Part shown: piece after piece, positions 43,542-56,300 of the stretch
Layout: every line of letters starts with the position of its first letter
Position numbering within the stretch: the first letter of the stretch is position 1
Position numbers and translations under genes: made by a program
Assembly (NCBI GenBank): GCA_047495785.1
Contig: JBLDXI010000032.1
Span: forward strand, 4,154,001-4,218,000
DNA: 64,000 nucleotides
Reading direction: 5' to 3'
Source of the DNA: Lepidodermella squamata
Taxonomy: Eukaryota; Animalia; Gastrotricha
Notes under the pieces: generated by a model
Databases searched by the model: none
What the model saw: the letters and a program-made list of their open reading frames with translations, nothing else
Told to the model about the DNA's origin: nothing

Positions 43542-46500
43542 ATGGTGCTGCCAAGTTCCTCAAAACTGCCATTTTATTCGCGCGTAATACTAATCGTTTT
43601 TATGCTGATCGTGATGAATGATAGCGTAATTCTTCGATCAATGGTAAGTAATTACTCATGGTAGATTGTAATATTATTTCGAATTTTAATAGGCAATCGG
43701 CTGCGATGCCGTTCACAGCCTGAATAAGACATTGCAATGCTCGTTTGTCCAGGTTTTTCTTCATTTTTCGTGTTGATTCGTCTTGGATTGATACATGTCT
43801 ATCGATAGAAATCAGCCGCGTGCAAGTCTGGAGGCGGCTATATCGACTACACAAGCTTCATTTATTGCCAATTTAACGAAAATATTTATTACCGAGTAGC
43901 TGGCTTCTTAATTTTGGTAGGCTAATCTACGGTTCATAAATCAGAATTAATTCGAAAATTTCAGACTATCTGGTTACTCTACCTTTTATTATCTATCAGC
44001 ATAGCCTCAAGCAAATTGTAAGAATCATCCCTTTCAAGAACCATTTCAAAGAATCTGTTGTAGTTTCGCTCCGAACCTACCCGTCATTGCCGAAGCTCTT
44101 CACATGAGTGAAAATGTCGCTGTTCGTTCTAATTGCGCGTGCTTTTATTTTTTATTACAAATTCCCGTTTTTTTCAGGGTGAAACATTGTGCGCAATGGG
44201 TAATGGCGCGCCTGATTTATTTACCTCTCTGGCCGCTGCCTTGAACATGGAAAATGATGGCGACGCTGGTTTCGTTTACGGTGAACTGCTTGGCTCGGGT
44301 CTCTTCGTTACCACTGTTATCGTTGGAGTAGTTATCGCTATTAAGCCTTTTAAAAGCATGGAGCGCGCCTTACTCCGCGACATGATTTTTTACATCGGAG
44401 GCATTTATTGCGGTAAGGAACTTAAAAATTCGATAGCTTCAAACAGCAAAATGATTCTTTCAGCATTTTTCACGTTATGGGACGGCGTTATCCATCTAAC
44501 CGAGTCAATAAGTGAGATCGTAAATTTTGCAATAATTATTATTAAAAAATTTAAATTCCAGTGTTCCTCGTGATTTATGCCATTTATATCGTAACCGTAC
44601 TTACTGCCGGCTGTGTCAACCCAAAATTTGACGATTTTATCGCAAGAACCTCCAGGAAATGGATGAGAAACGTTGCGGCGAGTGAAATCACGGCGGAAAA
44701 TCGTCTAAACGAGCCACCACATGCCAATGCCTCAACTGTCAGCTCTTCAAGGCCTACAACCAGTTAGAATTATACTATGGTTAATTTGAGCCGCATTTTG
44801 TTTTGAACAGGTACAGATGTTGAGAATGGCCTCGAGACGAATCCACCTATGGCAACAGATGAGCGGGCTGCCATGAAGCGCTCTGGAACCCTTGATCTAC
44901 CGGAAAGCAATCCGCGAACCCTGAATAATAATTCCTTCGATAGTGACGTCATCGCTGAAGTGAGGAAGGAACAAACTGGACCCGTTGAGGCCATCACAAG
45001 TCCTAAGCCAAAATCTGTGGGTTCACCTAGTATGACCTTCGTTTTGCAAAATGCTGCTCTGGCTAGTGACCTGAATGGCACAGGAACTCCGGAAATATCC
45101 GTAACCCGTAGTTCGAAAACGCTCCTCACAGATCACAGCCGTAAAAAGCGAGCACAGCTGCAAAATACCAAAAAGGCACAGTCAATGAAAATCATATCGG
45201 CTCCGAAAGATAAAAACCTTGATCCGGAACTGGGCAGAAAATTGTCCCGGCAGCTATCTCTGATCAAACCAAGCATGAAGCTAACCGAGTCCTCAACTAG
45301 CAACAAAAAACTGGCCGCTAAACTGCCTGATATTCCGTTGCATTTGGTTCCTCATGCCGTTCGAATGATGGTACGAAGTGCGTCGAACAAGGAGAAATCG
45401 ACGGCGAAAGCTGCTGCGGACGAGTTGGAGCAGCAAAATCGGCGCAACAGCACGCCATCGAACCGATCTCCCAACATACGGTTGGCGCAATCGTCCATGA
45501 ACGGCGTGATACCGATGTTTGCTTTAACTCGTCAGCTGTCACAGGCGATAAATCTCGGCAGAATTGAGCCGATCACCGAAGCAGCAATTGCACGTGTTGA
45601 AGAACGGCGCGATGAAAGCCCGGGTGGAAATGCTGAGGAGAACAGTCCATCGCAAATATCCAGTCCGAATGTCGAGGACAAGCCGATGATCAAATGGATC
45701 TACGAAGGTTTGATCCCGGTGAATGTCAGCAAACTTTGCAACCAGCCTTGGTACCGAAGCATAATCCCGGTCCTTCGCGTAAGAATTGAAATTCTTAAAT
45801 TGCAGAAGCATATAAAGTTATTCAGCTACCTTCGGTGTTCTTCATGCTGTTAACTATTCCTGTGGTGAACGAAGATAAGCCGAATCGAAACTGGAACAAA
45901 CCGGTTCGGGTGATTAACTGCTTTCTTGGACCCATTTTCTTCTCGCTCACGCTGTTCGGACAAGACGCATTTGTCGGCAAAATACCGGCTTCGGTTTTAG
46001 CTGGAGCTATAGGACTGTTAGTAGCGATCGCCGTCGCTAGTAGTTCGCAGAATACGAAGCAGCCACTTTATCATGTCGTAAGCGTTATAACTGCCCATCC
46101 CTAGAAAATTGCTAACGGTTTTGCTCAGGCTTTCGCATTTTTAGGCTTCACAATGACGGTAAATTGGATCTATGTCATCGCCAACGAAATCATCAACGTT
46201 TTGGCGTGCTTTGGACTAGTCCTAGGCATCAGCAAGAGTTTCCTTGGCTTATCAGTCTTAGCTTGGGGTAACTCTTTGGGGGACCTCATCAATGACGCTT
46301 GGCTGTCTCGAAATGGATACTCGCGCATAGCCATCTCTGCTTGTTACGGTGGAATGCTTTTCAGTAGGCTGAAACCTTGATTACTTACATCGACATTTTA
46401 TTTCTTTGTTCTTATAGACCTATTGATAGGACTGGGAGTGCCCCTTACCATCGCCGCTGTTAGGCAAAATGGTTCAGTTCATGTAAGATTTTCCTTAATT

Positions 46501-46748
46501 GCTACTTTTGCTACTTTTGGGGATGAATACAGATAGAACGTTCGCCAACTCTTTCTTTGCTGCTTGTTTTCCTGGGCATCAACATCGTTGTCTCGTTCAT
46601 CGTGATTCCACTCGTCCAGAACTTTTACCCTCGCCGGCCGTTCAGCGCATTTCTATTTAGCCTCTACGCTTGTTTCCTTATATTGGCGATCCTGACTGAG
46701 ACCGGGTTGATTCTGCCGAACATTTTCCCCTTTTCCATGGTATTATGA
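43542..46748 (+). CDS. Cation/Ca2+ exchanger, CCX/NCLX (SLC8B1-like), many small exons; start codon uncertain
   Basis: Alpha-1 repeat SENVA|GETLCAMGNGAPD, alpha-2 repeat GLSVLAWGNSLGD, AISACYGG; upstream exon GGYIDY...IYC. Confidence 0.88.
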
Positions 46749-47049
46749 TATAAGATTTATGTAAAAATTATTTTATTACAATTAAAATCGAATAACGTAT
46801 ATTATTTACAAATTTTTTGAATGAGTATTCAAAACGGTGCTCCTCATGTATAGTTTCGAGTATTTAAAGCCAGCGTTTAAGTACCTTATTTCAGCTGTCA
46901 AATAAAATGATAGAAATATTACGCAGTTTCTGCTGAGGTTTAATCATGTGAAAATATTCAAAAAATATCGTGTAGCGCAGTATAGTGTGATTAAAACCGA
47001 TCAATTTCAGCAGTGATGAGTCATCCGATTTGCTGCGATTGTATGCCCT

Positions 47050-49249
47050 CTATTGACTCGGCTGGCTCGCGTACAACTTATCAATCTGCGGTTTGAAATG
47101 AGCTCGCAATTGCGGCCGGCGATTTTTCATCGAAGGCGTTAACAAGTCATTAGCCACTGAAAACATTTCAGAGTGCAGGTAGATGGCCTTTACCTGCTCG
47201 AGTTGGTTGAGGCCTTTCGCCTTGCCGAGTGCGACGATCGAAGTCAAAACGTGTTCGTTGAAGTCTTTGTTGTTACAAAGAGCCGGCAATTCAGCATCAG
47301 AGCCGCTGATGCCTTTTGTTTTAGCCCACTGGGCGGCTTCAACAGGGTCAGGGACGATGATTGCGACTGTGAACCACTGCAGGCCGTTGCCATCGACGAA
47401 AACTTGAGCGACAAGCGGGCACTGCGAGTAGATTGCCTCGATTTTTTCCGGGGCGATGTATTCACCCTGAGCCAGCTTAAAAATATGCTTCTTCCTATCG
47501 ATGATTCGCATGACACCGGTTTGCGGGTTGAAGTCGCCGATGTCACCGGTGTGCAGCCAGCCGTCCGCATCCAGGGCTTCAGCAGTTTTATCCGCCTGTT
47601 TGTAGTAGCCTTTCATGACATTCGGGCCCTTGACGCAGACTTCACCCTTGCCGTCACGTGACGAATAGCCAAGTTCTTGCACGTCGACCAGCTTTACCAT
47701 ATTGCAAGAAACAGGGTGGCCAACATTACCGCCCTCGGGGCTGTAGGAAGCTGTGACCAGGGCACAAGCTTCTGTTTGACCATAAGCTTCGATTAGCTAA
47801 TATAAAAATTATTTATTTAATTAATGATTAATTTTAGGGAATTTTACCGTTGCGCCCATGATAACGCGCCAGAATTCGAGAACTTCCGGTGCAACTGGCG
47901 CTGATGCTGTGAGCATGAACTCAACGCGGCCGCCGAGCTTGTTCTGCAGTTTGCCGAACACAAGATAATCCCAGATTGAGTACCGCGTGCAAATATTGCG
48001 ATTAACCAGCAGGTCTTTTTTCCAGCTGTAGGCGTAGTGGAAGAGCCGTGCGGCAACGCCGCCCTTCCGCTCGACTTCGGCGAGCACCTTTGTGTAGAAC
48101 TTGTTCATTAGCCGCGGAACAAGTGGCATCCAGGTCGGTTTCAAAATTTCGGCATCATCCAACAGCTTCGCGATATTACCGGCAAAGAATCCGCAAGATC
48201 CGCCCACATAAAGCACGGTTAGCTGAATAATGCAAAAATTAAAGAAAAATCCAATAATTAATTTCTTCGTACCATGACGAGTTGACCATAGCTATGAGCT
48301 AGGGGTAGATAATGGAGGCATAGGATTGTAGGCGTGTAAATAGCAACTGTCCCATCAGGCCGGCGATACATGTCCATGACGCCGCCGATATTAGCCGTGA
48401 AATTGCCGTGGGTCAGCATGACGCCCTTAGGCCGGCCCGTCGTGCCACTCGTGTACTGGATCATGTACAAATCGTCGGGTTTAGGCGACCGGACTTCGAC
48501 GGGTTTCGCCTTTTCAGGCAGCGTGCAGAACTCTTCGAGTGTGACAATTGTCACGCCCTTGTTCTTACCAGGCGTCATTTTAACATCAGCACCTGGGTCG
48601 TTGAATACTACAACGTGCTTCAAAGTCGCCGGTAGACCCGCGTCGACTTGGTGGAAAATGCGTTGAGCAGCTGCGTACGTGTCGCAGAATATCGCCTTCA
48701 TTTCGACTTCGTTAATTATGTCCGCACAAGCATGAGCGCCAAGGGTGTCGTATAACGGGACAAGAATGAAAGAAGCTGAGGCCGTGGCGAAAGCTGTGAT
48801 GCACCATTCAGGGCAGTTGGCCGAGTAAATTCCGACAGCATCTTGCGGCTTGAGATTCGCCTTAATTGCCAACGCTTGAGCAAGCCGGGTCGCTTTTTCT
48901 CTCACCTCCTCAAAAGTGAAAAACTCGTATCGGTTGTCAACACGTTTGCCGATGCACTGGTCATTTTCTAAGAACATTTAATAAAATAAATTTACAGAAA
49001 TTTTTTGACAACTCACTTGAAACCGAATGGCCATTCATGAAAATGTTAAATACATTTGTTGATTTCGGGTCCGGTTTATCAACCAGGGCCGGGTTTTTCG
49101 GTGTTCCCTTGCCTTTAATCGCAGTTGAGCACCTGGCTCCACCCTATCAATCACGAGTTGAATTAAAAAATCAATGGAAAAATGATCGATTTACTCACCT
49201 CAATCGAGTAAGACCCGAAAACCTTGGAAATTAGTTCAAAATCGCCCAT
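47050..49249 (-). CDS. ACSL: Long-chain fatty acyl-CoA synthetase (ACSL family), copy 1, multi-exon
   Basis: YTSGTTGRPKG, YLPLAH, EAYGQTE, DGWLHTGDIG, DRKKHIFKLAQGEYIAPEKIE. Confidence 0.92.
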
Positions 49250-50095
49250 GACTGGATTTTAATGATGACAAGGCTTTTTACTAGAATGAGCGTCGTAATT
49301 GCGCTTTGAATGTTTCAAAAATGAGCGAGTCGCCTACGCACGAGCGCGAAAAAATATTTTTTTTTATTCCTACAAGTACATGCATGAAGCTATTTCATTG
49401 TTTAGCCGCGTGAAACAATACAGCAAATATTCGTTGTTTAAGGCCATTCATAAAACAATTGAGAAAAACTACACCGGAGGCTGTGAGCCTGCGCCGTTGT
49501 CATGTGAGAATGGGTAAGGAATCTGTTGTTTTTGTTAAGGCGGCTATATGTCGGGTACTTGGCATCACCCTGATATGTCATTTGTCAAGGGTCACCGCAC
49601 TGCCGTTATGGTTTGTTTCATGAATGGAGACTGTGAGCAATGTTGTAAAGCCGCGCTTGTGTTAAAGGGCACCCGCGCTTACAGCCGGATTGACAATGAG
49701 CTGCTACTTATTACTCTACCTACCTGCGATTACGGGCATTAACGATGCGCATATGTGTTTGCTGCTGCTGCTGTTGGCGTAGTAGTCGTCGGCAGTAGTA
49801 GTCTATCATCAGTGATGCATTTTATACTGCGGCAAAATGAGCATGGGCCCATCATCGCATATATGCGGCGGCGCCGACTTTGCTTGTCATCTTGTTCCTA
49901 TATATGTAGTAATAATAACATTGATGCGAGAGAGCCGGACATGAAAATAGCAGTGTTTTTTATTGATTAATCGTTATTTTTCTCCATACGAAAATCAATC
50001 AGTGCACTTTTCACGCAGAGATGCAGCAGAAAGAAAATTTTGAAAAGTGCCTCTAAAATTCAAAATTATACTACTATTTTATCGATCTATTTATT

Positions 50096-52286
50096 CTACT
50101 CGTTCCCAGAAGTCGGTTGTAGTAAAGGGCCAGCTTCGTACATAGCCTCAATTTGATCGTGAAAAAACTTCCGCAACTCAACGCGTTTGTTCTTGAGCGT
50201 CGGTGTCAGCAGTCCGTTGTCGGGGCTGAACGCGTCGAGGGTCACGTGAATTGACTTGACTTGTTCCAGCGAGTTAAGCTTGTTTGCCTTGCCGAATTCG
50301 AGCATGCTAGTCAGTAAATGTTTGGCGAAGTCTTTATTGCTAGCCAGAGACTTCTGATCCACGCCATTTTTCGACGCCCATTCTGCAGCAGCCGTCGGCT
50401 CGGGTACAACAACAGCCACCGTGTAGGACTATAAACATTTCTAGAATTAATTAATAAAAAAATTGAAGTAAATTACCTGAAGGCTATTTCCATCGACAAA
50501 GACTTGAGCTAATAACGGACACATGGCGTAGACGCTCTCGATTTTTTCCGGCGCGATGTATTCACCCTGGGCCAGCTTGAAAATGTGCTTTTTACGGTCG
50601 ATCAGTTTGAGCGCACCGTTTTGCAAGAACTGCCCGATGTCGCCCGTGTGAAGCCAGCCATCTGCATCCAACGCCTCGGCTGTTTTATCATCGGCTTTGT
50701 AATAGCCTCTCATCACGTTCGGACCTTTGACGCACACCTCGCCTTTCCCGTCTCTCACGAAATAACCGCACTCTGGAACATCGGCTAGTTTCACCAGGTT
50801 GCAGGGTGAAGGGTGCCCCACATTGCCGCCAACTGCATCGAAAGCGACTGTAGCAGCCGCCGTACACTCGGTCTGTCCATATCCCTCCAATATCTAAATA
50901 CATAATTTTGGTAAAATTCTGGAAATATTAGCCCATAAAGTCATTTTTTACCGCTGCTCCGAAGCAAACTCGCCAAAATTCCAAGACCTCAGGCGCAACA
51001 GGAGCCGAGCCTACAGACATCAGCCATACCCGGCCTCCAATCAAATTTTGCAGCCGTTTAAACGCCAATCTGTCCCATATGGAGTTCCGGGTGACGACTC
51101 CTTTTTTCAACAGCGCAAGTTTTCGCCGGTAGCAGAACCAGAAAATTGTTGATTTCGCCTTAGACTCGGCTATTGTCGATGTAACTTTTGAGTAGAGGCG
51201 ATTCATGAGACGAGGCACAAGAGGCATGTAAGTCGGCTTCAGAGCAGCCGCATCTTCAACCAACTTCAGAATGTTGCCGCTGTTAAAACCTATCGAAGCG
51301 CCTAAGAAGAAAAATATTTTTTTTAATTAACTAGGCAGAAAAATTAAATTATATTACCATGGTATAGGAACCAAACGATGATTAGCTGAGCGTAGGCATG
51401 GGCCAGTGGCAGGTAGAGTAGGCATACATCGCTTTTGCTGAATTTGAGCTCGCTGCTAACGTCGCCGCGGAACATGACATCAAATGACGCGTAATTGGCA
51501 ACGATCGCCCGATGAGTGTGCATGACACCTTTAGGGTGGCCAGTTGTACCGCTTGTATACATGATCATAACTGAAAGTACAGGTTAATCATTCTAGGGAT
51601 TCGTTTATAGCGCTTAGCTTACAGAGGTCCTCAGCTTTTGGCGGATCGAAAATTTCCGAATCGAGTGATTGAACGTCCGATTGTGTGAAATCCTTGAGTG
51701 TAACAAGCTCGATATTGGCTAATTTCGCAGCTGCGATTGTATCTTCTGGCAATTTTTCTTGAAATGTAATGATTTTTTTGAGCGAAGGCGTCGATTTAGC
51801 TTCTGCCAAAACGCGGGTAATCGCTTGAACAGAATCGATGAATACTATGCACATTTCAACTTGGTTGATGATGTAGGTCCTAGCCTCAGCTCCAAGGGTG
51901 TCATAAAGCGGAACGACGACGAGAGACCGCGAGAAACTGGCGAGGGCTGTTACAATCCAGTTAGGGCAATTCGACGAGTAAATTCCGACAAATTGCTGTT
52001 TGGCGAGATTCGTCTTTTTCGCAAGTGCATGGGAGAGCTTCCGAACCTCGTTGAAGACTTCGTTGTAAGTCCACCATGCGTACCCTTCGCCACTTCGCCA
52101 ACCGAGGCACTGTTCGTGGCGCGAGACAGCGAGGCCGTGGTTGAATGACTCCCACGCAGTGTTGATACCACCAGAGGTGACCGGATGCGTTATTAACTCG
52201 CCGCTGCGCCCGCAAAACGTACTACAACGCACGCCGGGCTCGATTTCGAATGACGCAAATTTGTCATAAAGCAACTCTTTTGGCAT
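50096..52286 (-). CDS. ACSL: Long-chain fatty acyl-CoA synthetase (ACSL family), copy 2, multi-exon
   Basis: YTSGTTGHPKG, YLPLAH, EGYGQTE, DGWLHTGDIG, LLTPTLK. Confidence 0.92.
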
Positions 52287-53301
52287 TTTAAAAACTCTAC
52301 AATTAATGAAATTAATTCTATTAAAAATAAAAGCCCCCCGAGTGGCCAGAATGACGAGACATGGGAATTGGTTACAGTTTTTTTTTAATTAATTTTGTTA
52401 ATATGTTAATTAATTCGCTTGAGAGAATCAATAAATGTGTTGAGAGAAGGCGCACAATGGGTGTAATAATTTGTTCTTGAGAAGGCTTTTGAGACGATAA
52501 GTAATGTTGCGGAACGGATGAGGCTACTTCCGAGAAGGCCATCTTACCAAATGATTATGAGCTTGAGCGGCGGAATGTGTCTCACGGCGTTCACAACGAA
52601 GGATATCAGCCGAGGCAAAGGCATTCATGCCATGCCGAAACAAGTGAATGGGCGAAATTTATCGTATATGTAGGCGTTTCCTCGCGTGAAAGAGGCGTTA
52701 TTAATGACCGGGCAGTGTTCTCAATAGCCAGGCAAACGATACAGAGGCCATCGTGAATGACCGCTTGCGACGCGCTGAGAAAAGAAAGCGACAACGCGAC
52801 CGTAAATATTCCACAACGTCGCAGCGCGTGTATATAAACCCGCCTATACTATTGTATGTGCGATATACAGGGTGAGTGGCATACCTTTGGCATAGTAACA
52901 AGACGCAGTCGCTCAAAGCTGCGCGTGTCTTTTACAGTTGTAGGGCTAGTATTACGCCTTTTCGACCGACGTGTTTTCTGCCTATATTCCACCTGAGAAC
53001 AAGTAAACAAATGCGGGTACTGAAGGTTTTTTCACGATCTCTGTGTATTCCACGCTTAATAAATTTTTTGCCCACTTCCTCCATATCCTTTAATTTTGAG
53101 GAGGCTGACTGTGAGTAACAAATGGACAATCGACAATTTTGCGTGGGCTCTATGTTTATTATCATACGTGGGTTTCGTGTTGCGTTGGCTTAAAATTTTC
53201 TGTCGCAGTACTTTGATGTTTAAATTTCTTGGGGTTGAACAAAAATAATCTAATTATCCATAATCATAAGTTTTAGTCATGGTTTTCCTGATTGAGTAGG
53301 C

Positions 53302-56300
53302 TCATCCTAGACGCCACAGCTGCCAGCGCAGCCATTGAAGGCCAATGCAGCTGTTCCAATCTGGGACGCACATGTAATCTCTCGCCCCACCAGCCAGTGT
53401 ATAGTTGACTCGGTACGGCGCCGTCATTGTACCGGCGTTGCACGATCCAAACCACCACCCGCCATGTGCTAATCTCGGCACGCAATTCGTGGGCGATGTT
53501 CGGTCAAAGTCGAAACTGCTGAATTGTCTACCGTTCATATTCAGCGTGAAGTTATAAGCCGCCGCCGCCGACGACATGGTGATCTTGTAGTTATCAGAAT
53601 TTCCTAATATTTGCATAGGCGGGTTGATTGAAAGTGACTCGATTTTGCCCAGAGCGGGACCATTGAGAGAAACACCGCCAGAAAATGTGAACCCATATTT
53701 GAACTGAGTCGTTAGTTGGCTCACAGCCTCAAGACCTGTGGTAAACACTTAATATTTAAAAAATAAACAGTTTAGTGGCAAAATTACCCATCCAGTAATC
53801 GCGGTTGCTTGCCCCGAAAAAGTATCTGTACTCGTTCAAAGTGCGAGCGTGGAACCGAACAGCCCCATTATATCGTTGCGCAATTACTATAGAGGCCTGG
53901 TTCAACTGCGGGTACATTTCGCACCAAACTTGAACGGCCGGGGAGGCTAGCGTCGGACGGATTAGGTAAACACCGCTCGAACGATAGCCCATGCTGTAGA
54001 CGGCAGTGCAATCGATCGGCATCAAGCAGCCGCGGCCTGGTTCGGCGCATTTGCACGGGTAGGTGGTGGCTAAACCAACCCGGGTGCAGGTATCCGTGAC
54101 CGTGCAATTCGGCGAATCGTGCATGCAAAGGCTTGATCTCCTCTGTAGGAACAAACAAATCTCTTTTCAACCTAATGCACTAATGCAATAAAATTTGTTA
54201 CAGTTCTCTCCTCCTGAAAGGTTGACAGCACACTGACGTAGGTACTACTAGCAGAGTCGGCGGCCGAGTAAGGATCCAAGTTGATTGTAGCGTCGTTGAG
54301 AACGCAAGTCGAGTTAGACTGGAAATAATTTACCGACAAGCACCCGGGTAAATCCATACAGGCGCTGATGCAATAGCTGATCGATGCAACACTTCGAACA
54401 TTGATACTGTGCTGTAGAAGTGCTCGGCCGGGTAGTCGGTTGAGCGGGAAAACACCTCGTTGCGGTCCATTTTGAGCGTCACCGGGACATGGACCTTCCG
54501 TGATTACTAAATCATCAAAAGCAATGTCGCCAACTCTAGATTGACCGCGCATGGCTTGGATTTTGATCTGGAGTTAATTAGCAGTCAGAAAATTAGTCAT
54601 TTCAAATAGCGACAAACCTGGAAGTCAGAGCCTGAAGTAACACTCGAGCGATACCGCTGCCACTCGCCGCCAGTCGACCCGGCTCGGAACCTAGCCAGCA
54701 ATTGGCTATCCCGGAAAATGTCAATTCGGCCAAGTAAATTGCCCTGCATATTATAGACCATGCTAAAACAATGAGTTCCAGCCGGAATTGTAGGAGAAAG
54801 CAAGGCAGCTGTATCTCCCGCCATTGTTGATGAAGCTGGTAGGTAAATGTAATAGCCACCGGCATATGCCCCAGTTGCGTCACCCTCTGGGCCGCTGAGA
54901 GGGTTACCATTAGTGATACCATTATTAATTACAAAGTCGACTGTATCAGTCCAGTCCTGATACCAACTGCAGAGATCTCCGCGATCGAAGCCGCAAGAAA
55001 ACGACCGCTCAGAACGACACGGACCTCGAAGCAGTACTACGTCATCAATTGCGATGTCACTGCGATCACCCGGGCCTCGAACAGCTTCGAAGGTCAGCGT
55101 TTGCGGGTAGTCGAGATCAACCGGCACCGAAGCACGGATCCACTGGTTGCCCCAATTACCAGATCGCTGCCACAAGGTGCGTTCGGAATATGCCGAAAAG
55201 TTGCCGTTTTTCGTGTTGTAGACATTGCTTTGTGGGACGTAGAAAACACGAAGCGAGCCTTGGTCTTGACCGAACATATGGTAGTAAAACGTTAAACAAA
55301 AACGTCCCGCCGATAAAGGGGGCAGATGGACCCGAGATTTCGCGCCCGGTCGCAAACCAGTTGCTTCGACATAAAGGTAATGGCCATCTATGATTCAAGT
55401 TTTGCAGCAATTTCCGTATGAAAAGCTAAATAATTTATACCGCCAGTTGTTTGATCTGCAGCTGGGCCAGTATTTTCATTACCAGCCGGGGTTTCGCCTC
55501 GATATCTCACCCAATCACCATCATCTGTGTCGTTTTGCTGCCAACCGCAGTCTTGAAGATACGCAGAATTTTCGAAGCTACAATCAAACCACTCTGAAAG
55601 GGATAAAGAGATGAAGACATCGGATTTGTATCGAATAAGATCACCTTGACAGGATAGCGAGCCATTTCGAAGATAAATTTCATCCAGTTGAATCGAGCCA
55701 TACTTCTGAAAGTGCGTTACATTGTCGATCAATCCTGACGATCCTTCAAACACGAGCTAAAAATCCGCGGTAAATTAAATAAAAATGACTCAAATATGGA
55801 TAAGCATACATTGGTGTAGTTGTACTCGTTGAGCAGAATACGGTGCTGTCGCCATGCTGGGTATTGCCGGCCTTGAACTGCGAACAAATAGCGGCCTCTG
55901 TCGTCGCGAAGACGCAACTCGCCAACATCGTAACCGTTCATGTAGTAGCTGAAGATGAAGCACCTGAGGCCGCGAGGTATCGGCGTCCCGGAGAAACTCG
56001 ATTTCGCTGTTAGTGATTGCGAAGATGTCTGAAGGTCCAAAGTCACGTAATTTGAATCTGCCAAATCCGAGTCATATTTATGTAAAAAATTGCCAACAAC
56101 AAATTACCTCCCGAAAAGTCGTTCTGAGGGCCGGTTAATTGCGAACCAGCCGCGGTGTAATTCAAGCCACAACTCCATGACGCGGCATCATCATCTCGGT
56201 TCATATTGCGCCATGCCGAGTAGCGAATGTAGTCGGGACCGCTATTCAGTGAGCAGAACATCGCATTGAAATCGACCAGTGAATCGCCCGGATACCACCA

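Noticed and set aside
49300-50050. Spacer between the ACSL genes with short ORFs and GCT/GTA micro-repeats
   Set aside because: No recognisable ncRNA, hairpin or coding signal; probably regulatory DNA.
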